Shown here: positions 27,741 through 37,088 of the stretch, piece after piece
Layout of the letters: each line of letters starts with the position of its first letter
Position numbering within the stretch: the stretch's first letter is position 1
Notes under the pieces: generated by a model
Told to the model about the DNA's origin: nothing
Databases searched by the model: none
The model's input: only the letters and a program-made list of their open reading frames with translations
Made by a program: the position numbers and the translations under genes
NCBI GenBank assembly: GCA_045605125.1
Contig: JAZUPK010000036.1
Span: 4,945-68,944 of the forward strand
DNA: 64,000 bases
Reading direction: 5' to 3'
From: Acutalibacteraceae bacterium
Lineage (GTDB): Bacteria; Bacillota; Clostridia; Oscillospirales; Acutalibacteraceae

Positions 27741-27759
27741 AAATTTAGAGGTGATAACT

Positions 27760-28110
27760 ATGGCTGATAGTATTTTAAGAGATAAAGCAAAAGAATTTGC
27801 AAAGAAAGTAGTTTTTCTTTGCCGTGATATGAAAGCAAATCATAAAGAATCGGTTTTAATAAATCAACTACTTCGCTCATCAACCTCGATAGGAGCAAAT
27901 TTGCACGAGGCTCAATACGCTCAAGGAACTAAAGATTTTATTTCAAAACTTGAAATAGCCCAAAAAGAGTGCTACGAAACTGAATATTGGTTAGAACTTC
28001 TTTTTGAGACGGGTTGTATGACCGAAGAAATATACAAAGATATTCAAAACGAATGTGGTTCGATTCGCAGAATGTTGATTTCTTCGCTTAAAACTATAAA
28101 ATCAAAATAA
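27760..28110 (+). CDS. four-helix-bundle protein (23S rRNA intervening-sequence protein / Avd-like family), copy B
   Basis: 116 aa from ATG 27760, which lies 6 nt after GAGGTG. RSSTSIGANLHEAQYA and YWLELL. C-terminus MLISSLKTIKSK parallels copy A. An in-frame TTG at 27712 with an AGGAGG RBS is an alternative start. Confidence 0.75.
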   Translation: MADSILRDKAKEFAKKVVFLCRDMKANHKESVLINQLLRSSTSIGANLHEAQYAQGTKDFISKLEIAQKECYETEYWLELLFETGCMTEEIYKDIQNECGSIRRMLISSLKTIKSK

Positions 28111-28123
28111 GGAGCTTTATATT

Positions 28124-28501
28124 ATGAGTCAAAGAAAAAGATTAGAATATTTGATAATCACTTCTTGTGTATTGTTGTCAGGATTTATCATTTATGGTTT
28201 TGTGGGAAGTATTCAGCCACTAATTAACGATAGTAAAGTCGCTTCGTTTTTTGCATTTGGTGCTTTGGGTGGCTTGGGTTTTAGTCTTATTTTATCAACC
28301 ATAATTTTAAGTTCAAGATTTTTTCAAAAAAGAAGTTTAATATTTAAAATAATTGCGGCTGTTCTTTGGCCTATTACATTTGCTTGTTGTTTTTATGTTG
28401 GTGTTTTTATGTATATCCCCTATGGAATATACAATGTTGTAATGTTGATTAGAAAAGAGCCTCAAGTTGTAGAAAGTTCCGATGACGATTCAAATGAATG
28501 A
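28124..28501 (+). CDS. hypothetical four-TM membrane protein
   Basis: AAGGAG RBS 13 nt after the stop of gene B. Four hydrophobic helices and an acidic C-terminus. No family recognised. Confidence 0.5.
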   Translation: MSQRKRLEYLIITSCVLLSGFIIYGFVGSIQPLINDSKVASFFAFGALGGLGFSLILSTIILSSRFFQKRSLIFKIIAAVLWPITFACCFYVGVFMYIPYGIYNVVMLIRKEPQVVESSDDDSNE

Positions 28502-28610
28502 AAAATACACAATTTTTTATTTAGCTTAGATTAAAGGGTTTTAGGTTCTCCTAAAATGCGGAAAATGTGATATACATTTTCCCTGCTTGTTACGGTATGA
28601 GACAAAAGTA

Positions 28611-28645
28611 AAAGATGCACGAATTTTTTCGTGCATCTTTTTTTT
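28611..28645. terminator. bidirectional intrinsic terminator
   Basis: GATGCACGAA-TTTT-TTCGTGCATC stem-loop, followed by T8 and preceded by an A-run. Sits between convergent genes. Confidence 0.8.
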
Positions 28646-28697
28646 ACTGTCCTTTAGAGTACGACTCAAATTGAGCGGTATTTTAAGTATAATTTTG

Positions 28698-30116
28698 TTA
28701 TTCGCCAAACGGGAAGTTAAATGCGCCACCATTACCTTCATCATCACCAGGTAGTTGCGGTAATGGGGTACTGCTATCCGGTTTTTCTTGTGTGATATAG
28801 CTAGATTCACCAACATTAGCCTTTAATGTTGCCTGTACGGATTTAGATTTACCGCTCGCGTTCACAAAGGTAACCTTAACATTATCCCCTGCTTTTGATT
28901 TTTCAATAATATCAAGCACAATTTCATCATTTGTAACTTCGATACCGTTTATATGGGTTATAATGTCGCCCTTAGTAACCTTTCCTAAAAGGTCACTATC
29001 TTCTGCAACCGAATCAACATAAAGACCTTTATACTTATAGTCCCCAATTTCAGCCGAAACCGAATCGATTGCTCTATAGGTTATACCTAATTTTGCACGG
29101 CTTAAAACCTTACCGTTTTTAATAAGTTCTTCTGCGATGCGCTTAAGAGTAGTAGTGGGAATAGCATAACCCACAGCATCAATATCACTTGACGCTAGCT
29201 TTGAAGAGGTTATACCAATAACCTGACCGTACATATTAACAAGAACACCGCCAGAGCTTCCGGGGTTTATAGGACAGTCGGTCTCGATAAGGCGTGCAGA
29301 ATAGCTTGAAGTAGTTTGTACTCTTCTTGAAGTTGCCGAAATAATACCCTTTGTAACACTTGAGGCGTTTGTAGCACCACCGGGTCTGCCAATAGCTACA
29401 ACATTTTCACCAAAAATAATTTGATTAGAGTTACCGAACACAGCTGTTTTAAAGTTTGCATCTTTAACCTTTAAAACAGCAAGGTCTGATACCTTATCGC
29501 CTGCAACATAACGTGCATCATATTCTTTATTATCATAAGTGTAAATTTTAAACTTTGGAGAAGCAATTTCGGAATAGATGTGGTCGTTGGTTATGATATA
29601 TCCATCATTAGAGTAAATTACACCGCTGGCATTAGCAATCTTACCCGATGCATTATAAACAACAATACCTACAACACTTGCATTTACCTTTTCATAAACC
29701 TGTGCGGCAGTCATTTCATCAGTGTTAGTAGGTTTAGCCTCTAAACCAACTACCGCTTCGCCCTTAGTAAACGATTTTGATACCGAAATTTTACCTAAAT
29801 AGTAGCCACCTGCACACGCTGCCGTTAAAGCGATTACCAAAGCTAATAATAACGCAAAAAATTTAAGACCGCGACTCATAGGTTTTGTTTCCATAGGCTC
29901 TACCTTTGTATAGTTTATAGGGCTGTATGGAATATAAGGTGTTTCTATTTGGGGTTCAGGTTCTACTTCTTCAAACACTTCTTCATCAACTTGAGTATTG
30001 TTTTCTATTGGCTCGCTAGGTTCTAAAACAGGAACTTCTTCTATAGTATTTTCTATTTGTTCTTGTAACTCCTGCTCGTTTTCAGGGGTGCTATTTAAAT
30101 CTTTAAATTCTTCCAT
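28698..30116 (-). CDS. HtrA/DegP-family serine protease with PDZ domain, membrane anchored
   Basis: Catalytic His (TNDHI) and Ser (NPGSSGGVLVN). C-terminal PDZ-like domain. ATG at 30116 lies 1 nt after the kinase stop and is preceded by AAAGGAG. Confidence 0.85.
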   Translation of the reverse strand: MEEFKDLNSTPENEQELQEQIENTIEEVPVLEPSEPIENNTQVDEEVFEEVEPEPQIETPYIPYSPINYTKVEPMETKPMSRGLKFFALLLALVIALTAACAGGYYLGKISVSKSFTKGEAVVGLEAKPTNTDEMTAAQVYEKVNASVVGIVVYNASGKIANASGVIYSNDGYIITNDHIYSEIASPKFKIYTYDNKEYDARYVAGDKVSDLAVLKVKDANFKTAVFGNSNQIIFGENVVAIGRPGGATNASSVTKGIISATSRRVQTTSSYSARLIETDCPINPGSSGGVLVNMYGQVIGITSSKLASSDIDAVGYAIPTTTLKRIAEELIKNGKVLSRAKLGITYRAIDSVSAEIGDYKYKGLYVDSVAEDSDLLGKVTKGDIITHINGIEVTNDEIVLDIIEKSKAGDNVKVTFVNASGKSKSVQATLKANVGESSYITQEKPDSSTPLPQLPGDDEGNGGAFNFPFGE

Positions 30117-30117
30117 A

Positions 30118-31533
30118 TTAAATCTCCTTTGGTATAACAACTGTAAATGTGGTGAATTTATTTTCTTTGCTTTTTACTGAAATTTCGCCCTTATGGGCAT
30201 TAACAATAGTTTTTACTATATAAAGCCCTAAGCCTGTACTGTTTTTAACATTAGAGCGCGCTTTATCACCCTTATAAAAACGTTCAAAAACATAGGGCAA
30301 ATCACTTTCGGCAATACCCTTGCCCGTATTGGTTATAGTAAACATTATACTATCTGCATTTTGTGAAAGCAAGAAAGAAATTTTGCCTGCTTCGTTTGTA
30401 AATTTAATAGCGTTATCTACAAGGTTATAAACTACTTGATAAAGCAAATCCTTGTCGGCCTTAATATTTATACTTTGCATAGTGTCAAGCCCTACAATAG
30501 TAAGGTGCTTTTCTTCTATATGCTGCTCTCTGCTTATCATAATAGTACATAAAAGCTCGTAAAAATCGAAATCAGATATATTCAAAACCGATTCTCCCGA
30601 TTCAAGCTTGTTTACACTAAGCATACCATTAACTAATCGAGATAAGCGTTTTACTTCATCAGAAACAATTTTAAGGTAATATTCCCTATTTTCAGGTTTT
30701 ATAGTGCCATCTAATATGCCATCAATAAAACCACTTATAGTGGTCATTGGGGTTTTAAGTTCGTGCGAAACGTTACCCACAAAGCTTCTGCGCATACTCT
30801 CAAGGCGAGACAGCGAGTTTGTCATCATATTGAAGGATGCCGCAAGCTCACCAATTTCATCATCACTTGTAACAGGTACGCGCTTTGAAAAATCACCACG
30901 AGCCATAGCCTTTGCCGCTTCAGACATACTTTTAAGCGGTTTTGTAAGACGATAGGTCATAAAATAAATAGCAATAACCATTAAAACAAGTGGTATTACT
31001 GCCCAAAGATAGTAAATCCTTGAAATACGACTTAAAATACCTCCTGTTTCTGATACAGGCGAGGTTGTAAAAACAAAATATTTAGCATCTTCGTCCATTT
31101 GCTTTGCCGATACATACTGCGGAAACTTGTACATATTGAGGGTTGTTATTCTCGAAAAAGTTTCATTCTTTCCAATGTCTAAAAGTACACTACCCGGTAT
31201 TATATACGAAGAGTGCATACATTTACCGTTTTGCTGCCACTCATCACAAGCACACAAAACAACTGCACCGTAAGAATCGGCAATAAAGATATCACTATCG
31301 AGCACCTTAGATAAAGGAACAGATATATCCAAAAAAACTTCACCATGCTCTTGATAATTAAAATTGGTAAAGCTTTGGCTAATTTGCTCGCAACAGTGGG
31401 ACTGCCGTTTATACTGAGACTGCGCAATATGCCTATTAAGCACTACCGATAAAATCATCATAAGCGCAACCAAGCTTACACTGATTATACTAACCGTTAA
31501 AAGAAAGAATTTTTTAAAAAGCTTAAGCCTCAT
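30118..31533 (-). CDS. sensor histidine kinase (HAMP-HisKA-HATPase)
   Basis: Two TM helices. HAMP domain. H-box SHELKTPMTTI. N and G boxes (DNAIKFT, GLGLYIV). Confidence 0.85.
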   Translation of the reverse strand: MRLKLFKKFFLLTVSIISVSLVALMMILSVVLNRHIAQSQYKRQSHCCEQISQSFTNFNYQEHGEVFLDISVPLSKVLDSDIFIADSYGAVVLCACDEWQQNGKCMHSSYIIPGSVLLDIGKNETFSRITTLNMYKFPQYVSAKQMDEDAKYFVFTTSPVSETGGILSRISRIYYLWAVIPLVLMVIAIYFMTYRLTKPLKSMSEAAKAMARGDFSKRVPVTSDDEIGELAASFNMMTNSLSRLESMRRSFVGNVSHELKTPMTTISGFIDGILDGTIKPENREYYLKIVSDEVKRLSRLVNGMLSVNKLESGESVLNISDFDFYELLCTIMISREQHIEEKHLTIVGLDTMQSINIKADKDLLYQVVYNLVDNAIKFTNEAGKISFLLSQNADSIMFTITNTGKGIAESDLPYVFERFYKGDKARSNVKNSTGLGLYIVKTIVNAHKGEISVKSKENKFTTFTVVIPKEI

Positions 31534-32216
31534 TATTTAACCTCAAATTTATAGCCTACACCCCAAACGGTTTTAAGCGACCATTCTCTTGATATGTTTT
31601 CAAGCTTTTCACGAAGACGCTTTACGTGAACATCCACTGTTCTTGAGTCGCCATAGTAATCAAAGCCCCAAACCTCATCGAGCAACTGATCACGGGTATA
31701 AACTCTGTTAGGATTGCTTGCTAAATGATAAATCAGTTCTAATTCCTTTGGGGGTGTATCAATTTGCTTACCCGAAACCTCTAATTCGTAATTAGTAAGA
31801 TTAATACGCAGATTATCGTACTTGACTTCTTCAATCAGCTTTTTTTGTTTATCATTGCTACGCCGCAAGACCGCCTTGACACGTGCTACAACCTCTTTAG
31901 TGTCAAAAGGCTTTGTAACATAATCATCGGCACCTAATTCCAAGCCTAGAATTTTGTCAAAAACCTCACCCTTTGCGGTAATCATAATAATAGGAGTTTC
32001 TAAGGTTTTTCTTATCTCCCTGCAAACCTGCCAACCGTCAAGCGAAGGAAGCATTATATCAAGCAAAATTAAATCCGGGGTTTCTTTAAGGGCGAGCTTT
32101 ACCGCTTGGGCACCGTCATTAGCGATAAGCGTATCGTACCCTTCTTTTTGAAGGTAAAGTCTTAAAAGCTCACAAATATTTACATCATCATCTACTATTA
32201 AAATTTTATTTTTCAC
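31533..32216 (-). CDS. OmpR-family response regulator
   Basis: Receiver domain (DDD...D...K pattern). Winged-helix C-terminus TVWGVGYKF. Stop overlaps the kinase start (TAATG). Confidence 0.9.
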   Translation of the reverse strand: MKNKILIVDDDVNICELLRLYLQKEGYDTLIANDGAQAVKLALKETPDLILLDIMLPSLDGWQVCREIRKTLETPIIMITAKGEVFDKILGLELGADDYVTKPFDTKEVVARVKAVLRRSNDKQKKLIEEVKYDNLRINLTNYELEVSGKQIDTPPKELELIYHLASNPNRVYTRDQLLDEVWGFDYYGDSRTVDVHVKRLREKLENISREWSLKTVWGVGYKFEVK

Positions 32217-32311
32217 ATTATTCCCCTACCTTTGCTATCTATTCTATCACATATTTTGAATAATTATATTAAAAAAATATGAATATTTATTAAAAATTTT
32301 ACTTTGTTCAT

Positions 32312-32344
32312 TTAAAAGAAAAAGGCTGCCTTTTAAAAGGCAGC
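32312..32344 (-). terminator. intrinsic terminator after the zinc-ribbon gene
   Basis: GCTGCC / GGCAGC stem within CTGCCTTTTAAAAGGCAG. On the - strand it is followed by CTTTTTCTTTT. Confidence 0.7.
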
Positions 32345-32358
32345 ACATCAACTCAAAA

Positions 32359-32649
32359 TTATTCTTCAGCCGATTCTTCTTCCTTCATCTTTGCGAAGCA
32401 TTCACTGCAATAAACTGGGCGGTCATCACGGGGAATAAATGGAACCTTTGCTACACCACCGCAAGCAGCACATACTGCTTCGTGCAATTCTCTGGGAGCT
32501 CTACCTGCATTTTTACGCTTGTCACGGCAGGGCTTGCAACGTTGCGGTTCATTTACAAAGCCTTTGGATTCATAAAATTCCTGCTCTCTTGCAGTGAAAA
32601 CAAACTCCTCTCCGCAGTCTTTGCAAACTAGTGTCTTGTCTTCAAACAT
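32359..32649 (-). CDS. small zinc-ribbon domain protein
   Basis: Two CxxC...CxxC modules (CKDCGEEF...CKPCRDK and CAACGG...CSECF). Confidence 0.6.
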   Translation of the reverse strand: MFEDKTLVCKDCGEEFVFTAREQEFYESKGFVNEPQRCKPCRDKRKNAGRAPRELHEAVCAACGGVAKVPFIPRDDRPVYCSECFAKMKEEESAEE

Positions 32650-32755
32650 TTTTGTTACCTCTCTTAGGTTTTTATTATTGCCCCGGACGGTATCGCACCG
32701 TCTTCTTCTTTTAGAATGTTTTGCTTTTAAACTACATGGGCATGTTTATGCGGCA

Positions 32756-33322
32756 TTAAATAGCCGCTATTTTCTTGCGTATTCTTGCCAGTGCATTGTC
32801 AACCGCTTTTTCAGTTATTTGCATTTGCTTTGAAATTTCACTATAGCTTTTACCTCCCAAAAACAACTGCAGCACCGCGTATTCCATATTTGAAAGCTCA
32901 AGCTTTATATTTTCTTTAAGATTTTTAAGGTCTTCCTTTTCAATCAAAATACTTTCAGGGCTTTGTGCATACAAAACCTCAGCTTCTTCAATAGGAATAA
33001 GAAGCTCTTCGGGAATTACTTTTTGGGCATTGTTTTTGCGAAGCCTTGCAATCATTGAACGCTTTATACAAACATTTGCAAGCGACTGAAAACTGGATTT
33101 TTGGGGGTCGAAGCTTTTAACCGCGCTATAAAGGGCAATTGTTGCTTCTTGTACCGCGTCTTCGATTTCATTTTGGGGACAATATTTTTTAGCAGTACTA
33201 ATAATTATTGGTAAATATCGGTCAATAATTATCTGTAAGTTTTCATATTCACCATTATTTATTAGCAAAATAACCTCATTATCGGTCAATTTTTTGTTAT
33301 TTTCGACAAAATTTATTCCCAT
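32756..33322 (-). CDS. sigma-70 family RNA polymerase sigma factor (regions 2 and 4 only)
   Basis: Region 2-like EDAVQEATIALYSAVKSFD. C-terminal HTH SYSEISKQMQITEKAVDNALARIRKKI. No adjacent anti-sigma gene recognised. Confidence 0.65.
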   Translation of the reverse strand: MGINFVENNKKLTDNEVILLINNGEYENLQIIIDRYLPIIISTAKKYCPQNEIEDAVQEATIALYSAVKSFDPQKSSFQSLANVCIKRSMIARLRKNNAQKVIPEELLIPIEEAEVLYAQSPESILIEKEDLKNLKENIKLELSNMEYAVLQLFLGGKSYSEISKQMQITEKAVDNALARIRKKIAAI

Positions 33323-33415
33323 CTACACCCCAAAATAGTACTAATATCCAATTCTTTAAAAATATAATAACTCATAATATATATATTGTCAAGGAAAAAA
33401 TTTAGGCCTTTTTTA

Positions 33416-33444
33416 TTGCAAAATAACTAAATTGTGTGTATAAT
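33416..33444 (+). promoter_or_regulatory. sigma-A-type promoter candidate for the amidase gene
   Basis: TTGCAA (33416-21), 17-nt spacer ending in TGTG, TATAAT (33439-44). Confidence 0.45.
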
Positions 33445-33479
33445 TTAACCTAAGAAACATTTCTTTTAAGGTGAAATAT

Positions 33480-35147
33480 ATGAAAAATTTCTTAAAGCCA
33501 GTATTATGCGCTTTTTTAAGTATACTTTTTGTTTTTTTAACAGTTACCGATACGTTCATTTCGGCTGATGCTGCTACTTATACGGTCGCTAAATCCTATT
33601 CGCTTTCCAAAAAGGAAGCTTTCCCCGCAGGATATAAGCTTAAAGTATATGTGACAGCCCGAATAAAAGCTAAAGTGACTGCAACTTTAGACGGTGAGAA
33701 AATAGCCCTTACCCCAGCAAAGACAAAAGGAAGCGGTTTTACAAAATTTAGCGGAAGCTTCACTCTGCCTGAAAGGTACATAAAAGATAAAAACTTAGGT
33801 CCTATTAAATTCAAAGCGGCTTATAAAGGCTACCGCAAAACCTTTAAATCACGTGATATTATTTGCAAAAAGCCAACCTTTATTAAAAGCTCAAACAAGA
33901 AAGTTACTCCAACTTCTAAGGGGTATATAAATGTTGGTTCGGGGATTATTACTGAAGTTGTTGCTACTGAGGCTGAAACCTTTAGCGGAAGCGGTTCGAA
34001 AGATACTTCAAAGCCTTATTATAGTTATTTGCCGAAAGGAACAGTGGACTACGGTTCTTCCGATTATATTACTATAAAGCGTAACGGCAAAAAATATAAG
34101 CTTGTAACACTTCGTTGCGGTCAAAAGGTTTATAAAGCCACCTACGATATACCCACTTTAGAAAAAATCACCGTTACAAAGCAATACGCAGGAAAATTAC
34201 CTAACGATAACGAATTAGAATTTATCGCTTTTGATAACGGTACTTCCCATACAACATTAAAGCTAGGCACCCTTTGGAAAGCGCCCTTTAAATTTAAACT
34301 AGGCAAACAAGAATACGAGAGCGATTACTCAATTGATAAGGTTACATTTAGCTACATAGATATTAAATTTTGCTATGCAAACAAATTTGAAGGAAAAATT
34401 AAAATCCCTAAAGATAACCCCTTATTCAAAAAGGCTAAAATAATTAAAAATAAGGATGACTGTACTCTAAGGCTTTATCTTAAGAAAAAGGGCGCATTTT
34501 ACGGTTGGACTTCTTATTACGATTCTGAAGACTGTCTGTGTTTTGAATTTTTAAACCCCGCAAAAATCCAAAAATCCAAAAACAAATACGGTGCCAAATT
34601 AAAGGGTGTTAAAATTTTAATTGATGTGGGTCACGGTGGTAAAGACAGCGGTGCTGTAGGTTTTGGCAACAAAAAGAAAACCGAAGCCGAACGAAACCTT
34701 ACACTCGCTAAAAAAATCAAAAAAGAACTTACATCCATTGGTGCTACCGTTTATATGACCCGTAAAAGCGATACAACATCTACCACATACGATAAAACAG
34801 ATATGCTCCGAGATTTAAAGCCTGATTACTGTATTGCCATTCACCACGATGATAACGATTCTTCCCGACCTAACGGTTTCGGCGCGTATTACTACTATCC
34901 ATTTTCTAAAAAAGCAACAAAATATGTGTTAAACTGTACCGAAGACACAAAAATCTATAAAAAAGAAACTTTTAGATGGCATTACTACTATATGAGCAGG
35001 GTTTCTGTATGTCCCGTGGTACTAACCGAAAACGGATTTATGTCTAACTATTACGATTTTAATAATATCAAAAAAAGCAAGGTAAATACACAAAAAGCAA
35101 TTGCTATTACAAAAGGCATTGTCAAGTATTTTAAATCAATACAATAA
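33480..35147 (+). CDS. secreted N-acetylmuramoyl-L-alanine amidase (Amidase_3) with large N-terminal domain of unknown function
   Basis: Signal peptide. C-terminal ILIDVGHGGKDSGAVG and ...HHDD blocks of the Amidase_3 family. ATG at 33480 lies 6 nt after AAGGTGA. Confidence 0.75.
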   Translation: MKNFLKPVLCAFLSILFVFLTVTDTFISADAATYTVAKSYSLSKKEAFPAGYKLKVYVTARIKAKVTATLDGEKIALTPAKTKGSGFTKFSGSFTLPERYIKDKNLGPIKFKAAYKGYRKTFKSRDIICKKPTFIKSSNKKVTPTSKGYINVGSGIITEVVATEAETFSGSGSKDTSKPYYSYLPKGTVDYGSSDYITIKRNGKKYKLVTLRCGQKVYKATYDIPTLEKITVTKQYAGKLPNDNELEFIAFDNGTSHTTLKLGTLWKAPFKFKLGKQEYESDYSIDKVTFSYIDIKFCYANKFEGKIKIPKDNPLFKKAKIIKNKDDCTLRLYLKKKGAFYGWTSYYDSEDCLCFEFLNPAKIQKSKNKYGAKLKGVKILIDVGHGGKDSGAVGFGNKKKTEAERNLTLAKKIKKELTSIGATVYMTRKSDTTSTTYDKTDMLRDLKPDYCIAIHHDDNDSSRPNGFGAYYYYPFSKKATKYVLNCTEDTKIYKKETFRWHYYYMSRVSVCPVVLTENGFMSNYYDFNNIKKSKVNTQKAIAITKGIVKYFKSIQ

Positions 35148-35151
35148 CTGC

Positions 35152-35180
35152 TTGAATTTATTAAGATATTATCGTATAAT
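35152..35180 (+). promoter_or_regulatory. sigma-A-type promoter candidate for yhaM
   Basis: TTGAAT (35152-57), 17-nt spacer, TATAAT (35175-80). Confidence 0.5.
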
Positions 35181-35208
35181 TAAATAAAAATTAAGAAAAG
35201 AGTTTTTT

Positions 35209-36180
35209 ATGAATTTTACACCAATAGACAATAATTCCTTAGTAGAAGGTTTTTGCTTGATTAAAAGCTTGGACAAAAAGACCTCCTCAAAGGGCGACAC
35301 TTACCTTGATATAACCTTGGGCGATAGTGACGGTGAAATTAACGCAAAATTATGGCGTTATTCACCCCAGATTCACGGCGAATATGTTGCAAACCAAATA
35401 GTAAAGGTTAGGGGAACAATATCGCAATATAACGGTACCGACCAACTTCGTATAGAGCGTATACGCGCAAGCATCCCTGAAGACAACCTTAACCCATCCG
35501 ATTTTGTTAAAAGTTCGGGTTATTCAGCTGAAGATATGTTTGATGAGCTTTTGAACCTTTCTCTTAGCTTTTCGGATGAAAACCTAAAGCTATTAGTGAG
35601 CGAAATTTTAAAAGATAATCGCTTAAAGCTTTTATATTGGCCTGCAGCTTTTAAGCTTCATCACGCGGTACGCGGTGGTCTTTTAATGCACACCCTTTCA
35701 ATAGTCCGCTTAGCAGAAGGTGTTTGCAAAATTTACCCATTTGTTGACCGTGACTTGTTACTATCGGGTGCTATTTTGCACGATATTGCTAAGCTTTCCG
35801 AGTTCGAAGTAGCCGAGACAGGCATCGCTACCGGCTACTCTATAGAAGGTAATCTTTTAGGGCATCTCACAATGGGCGCTATGGTTATAAACCGCTATGC
35901 CGAAAAGCTTGGCACCGATAAAAATATCGCTATGCTTTTAGAACATATGGTGCTTTCTCATCATGGCGAGCCCGAGTTTGGCGCCGCTGTAAGACCTTCA
36001 TTTATAGAAGCCGAGCTTTTATCTGAGCTTGACTTAATGGATTCCCGCGTTTACGAGATGAAAGAAGCTATAGAATCAACCCCATCGGGCGATTTTTCGT
36101 CAAGGCTTTGGGCTATGGATAACCGCAAACTTTATAACCATAATCGCACCGATATGGATAAAACACCAAAATTATTTTAA
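35209..36180 (+). CDS. yhaM: 3'-5' exoribonuclease YhaM (OB-fold plus HD domain)
   Basis: N-terminal OB-fold. HD-domain motifs HHAVRGGLLMHT, ILHDIAK and SHHG. Confidence 0.8.
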   Translation: MNFTPIDNNSLVEGFCLIKSLDKKTSSKGDTYLDITLGDSDGEINAKLWRYSPQIHGEYVANQIVKVRGTISQYNGTDQLRIERIRASIPEDNLNPSDFVKSSGYSAEDMFDELLNLSLSFSDENLKLLVSEILKDNRLKLLYWPAAFKLHHAVRGGLLMHTLSIVRLAEGVCKIYPFVDRDLLLSGAILHDIAKLSEFEVAETGIATGYSIEGNLLGHLTMGAMVINRYAEKLGTDKNIAMLLEHMVLSHHGEPEFGAAVRPSFIEAELLSELDLMDSRVYEMKEAIESTPSGDFSSRLWAMDNRKLYNHNRTDMDKTPKLF

Positions 36181-36207
36181 TACTAATATCAAAAGGAGAT
36201 AATAAAA

Positions 36208-36408
36208 ATGAAAATTACAAAAGATATGCTTATAGGCGATGTACTTGATATTGATACCGGCTGTGCTGAATATTTTTTTGAAATTGGTATGCACTGCCTT
36301 GGTTGCCCTGCTTCACGCGGTGAAACTATTGAGCAGGCTTGTCAGGTTCATGGCACCGACTGTGACGCCTTAGTTGAAAAGCTTAACAAATATTTTGAGA
36401 ATAAATAA
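36208..36408 (+). CDS. DUF1858 small redox-disulfide-like protein
   Basis: 66 aa with a GMHCLGCP motif typical of the hybrid-cluster-protein-associated DUF1858 domain. Confidence 0.65.
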   Translation: MKITKDMLIGDVLDIDTGCAEYFFEIGMHCLGCPASRGETIEQACQVHGTDCDALVEKLNKYFENK

Positions 36409-37088
36409 TGGCAGAGCTTAGTTTACGGCTTAAAACAATTGCTTCCCTTGTGCCTATTGGTGCAAGGGTTTGTGATGTTGGTACCGACCACGCGCGTTTG
36501 CCGATTTATTTAAAGCAAAAAAATATTGCAAGCAGTGTAATCGCTACAGACCTTAATGAGAAGCCGCTTGAATTCGCCAAAGAAAACATAGTGCAAAGTG
36601 GCATTTCAAGCATTTCACTCAGACACTGCGACGGGCTTTCGGATGTTAAAAATGGTGAAGCCGATACTGTTATTATTGCAGGTATTGGCGGCGAAGTTAT
36701 ATCGGCTATACTTGAAAATTGTGACTGGATAAAAAGTACCGGTATAACCCTTATTCTGCAGCCCACAACTTCACCCGAGGTTTTACGCAAAACCCTAATT
36801 AATAACTGTTTTGATATTGTAACCGAAACACCTTTGCTTGAAAACGGTAAAATTTATTCTATAATCTTGGCTCGATTTTGCGGTACACTCGCCCCCTATC
36901 CTGAGCATTTTTACTACATAGGAAAAGTACCCAAAACCGACCATGGCATCATTTATATTAAAAAGCAGTTAAAGCGTATTGGCGACTATGTAGGCGCTTA
37001 TGAAAACATACCGACTAAGCAAAATGAATATACGCTTTTCAAAAATATCTATTTAGAAATTGAAAAAACACTGACGGAGAAACTCTAA
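36408..37088 (+). CDS. trmK: tRNA (adenine(22)-N(1))-methyltransferase
   Basis: VCDVGTDHARLPIYL and IIAGIGG motifs. About 226 aa. Confidence 0.8.
   Translation: MAELSLRLKTIASLVPIGARVCDVGTDHARLPIYLKQKNIASSVIATDLNEKPLEFAKENIVQSGISSISLRHCDGLSDVKNGEADTVIIAGIGGEVISAILENCDWIKSTGITLILQPTTSPEVLRKTLINNCFDIVTETPLLENGKIYSIILARFCGTLAPYPEHFYYIGKVPKTDHGIIYIKKQLKRIGDYVGAYENIPTKQNEYTLFKNIYLEIEKTLTEKL

Noticed and set aside
24800-28501. Diversity-generating retroelement, suggested by the Avd-like four-helix-bundle genes.
   Set aside because: There is no reverse transcriptase ORF. I also saw no template/variable repeat pair with adenine-specific differences anywhere in the window.
28541-28816. 91-aa ORF on the - strand spanning the terminator and the 3' end of htrA.
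   Set aside because: It overlaps the htrA C-terminus in another frame and runs through the intergenic terminator hairpin. There is no RBS and the composition is implausible.
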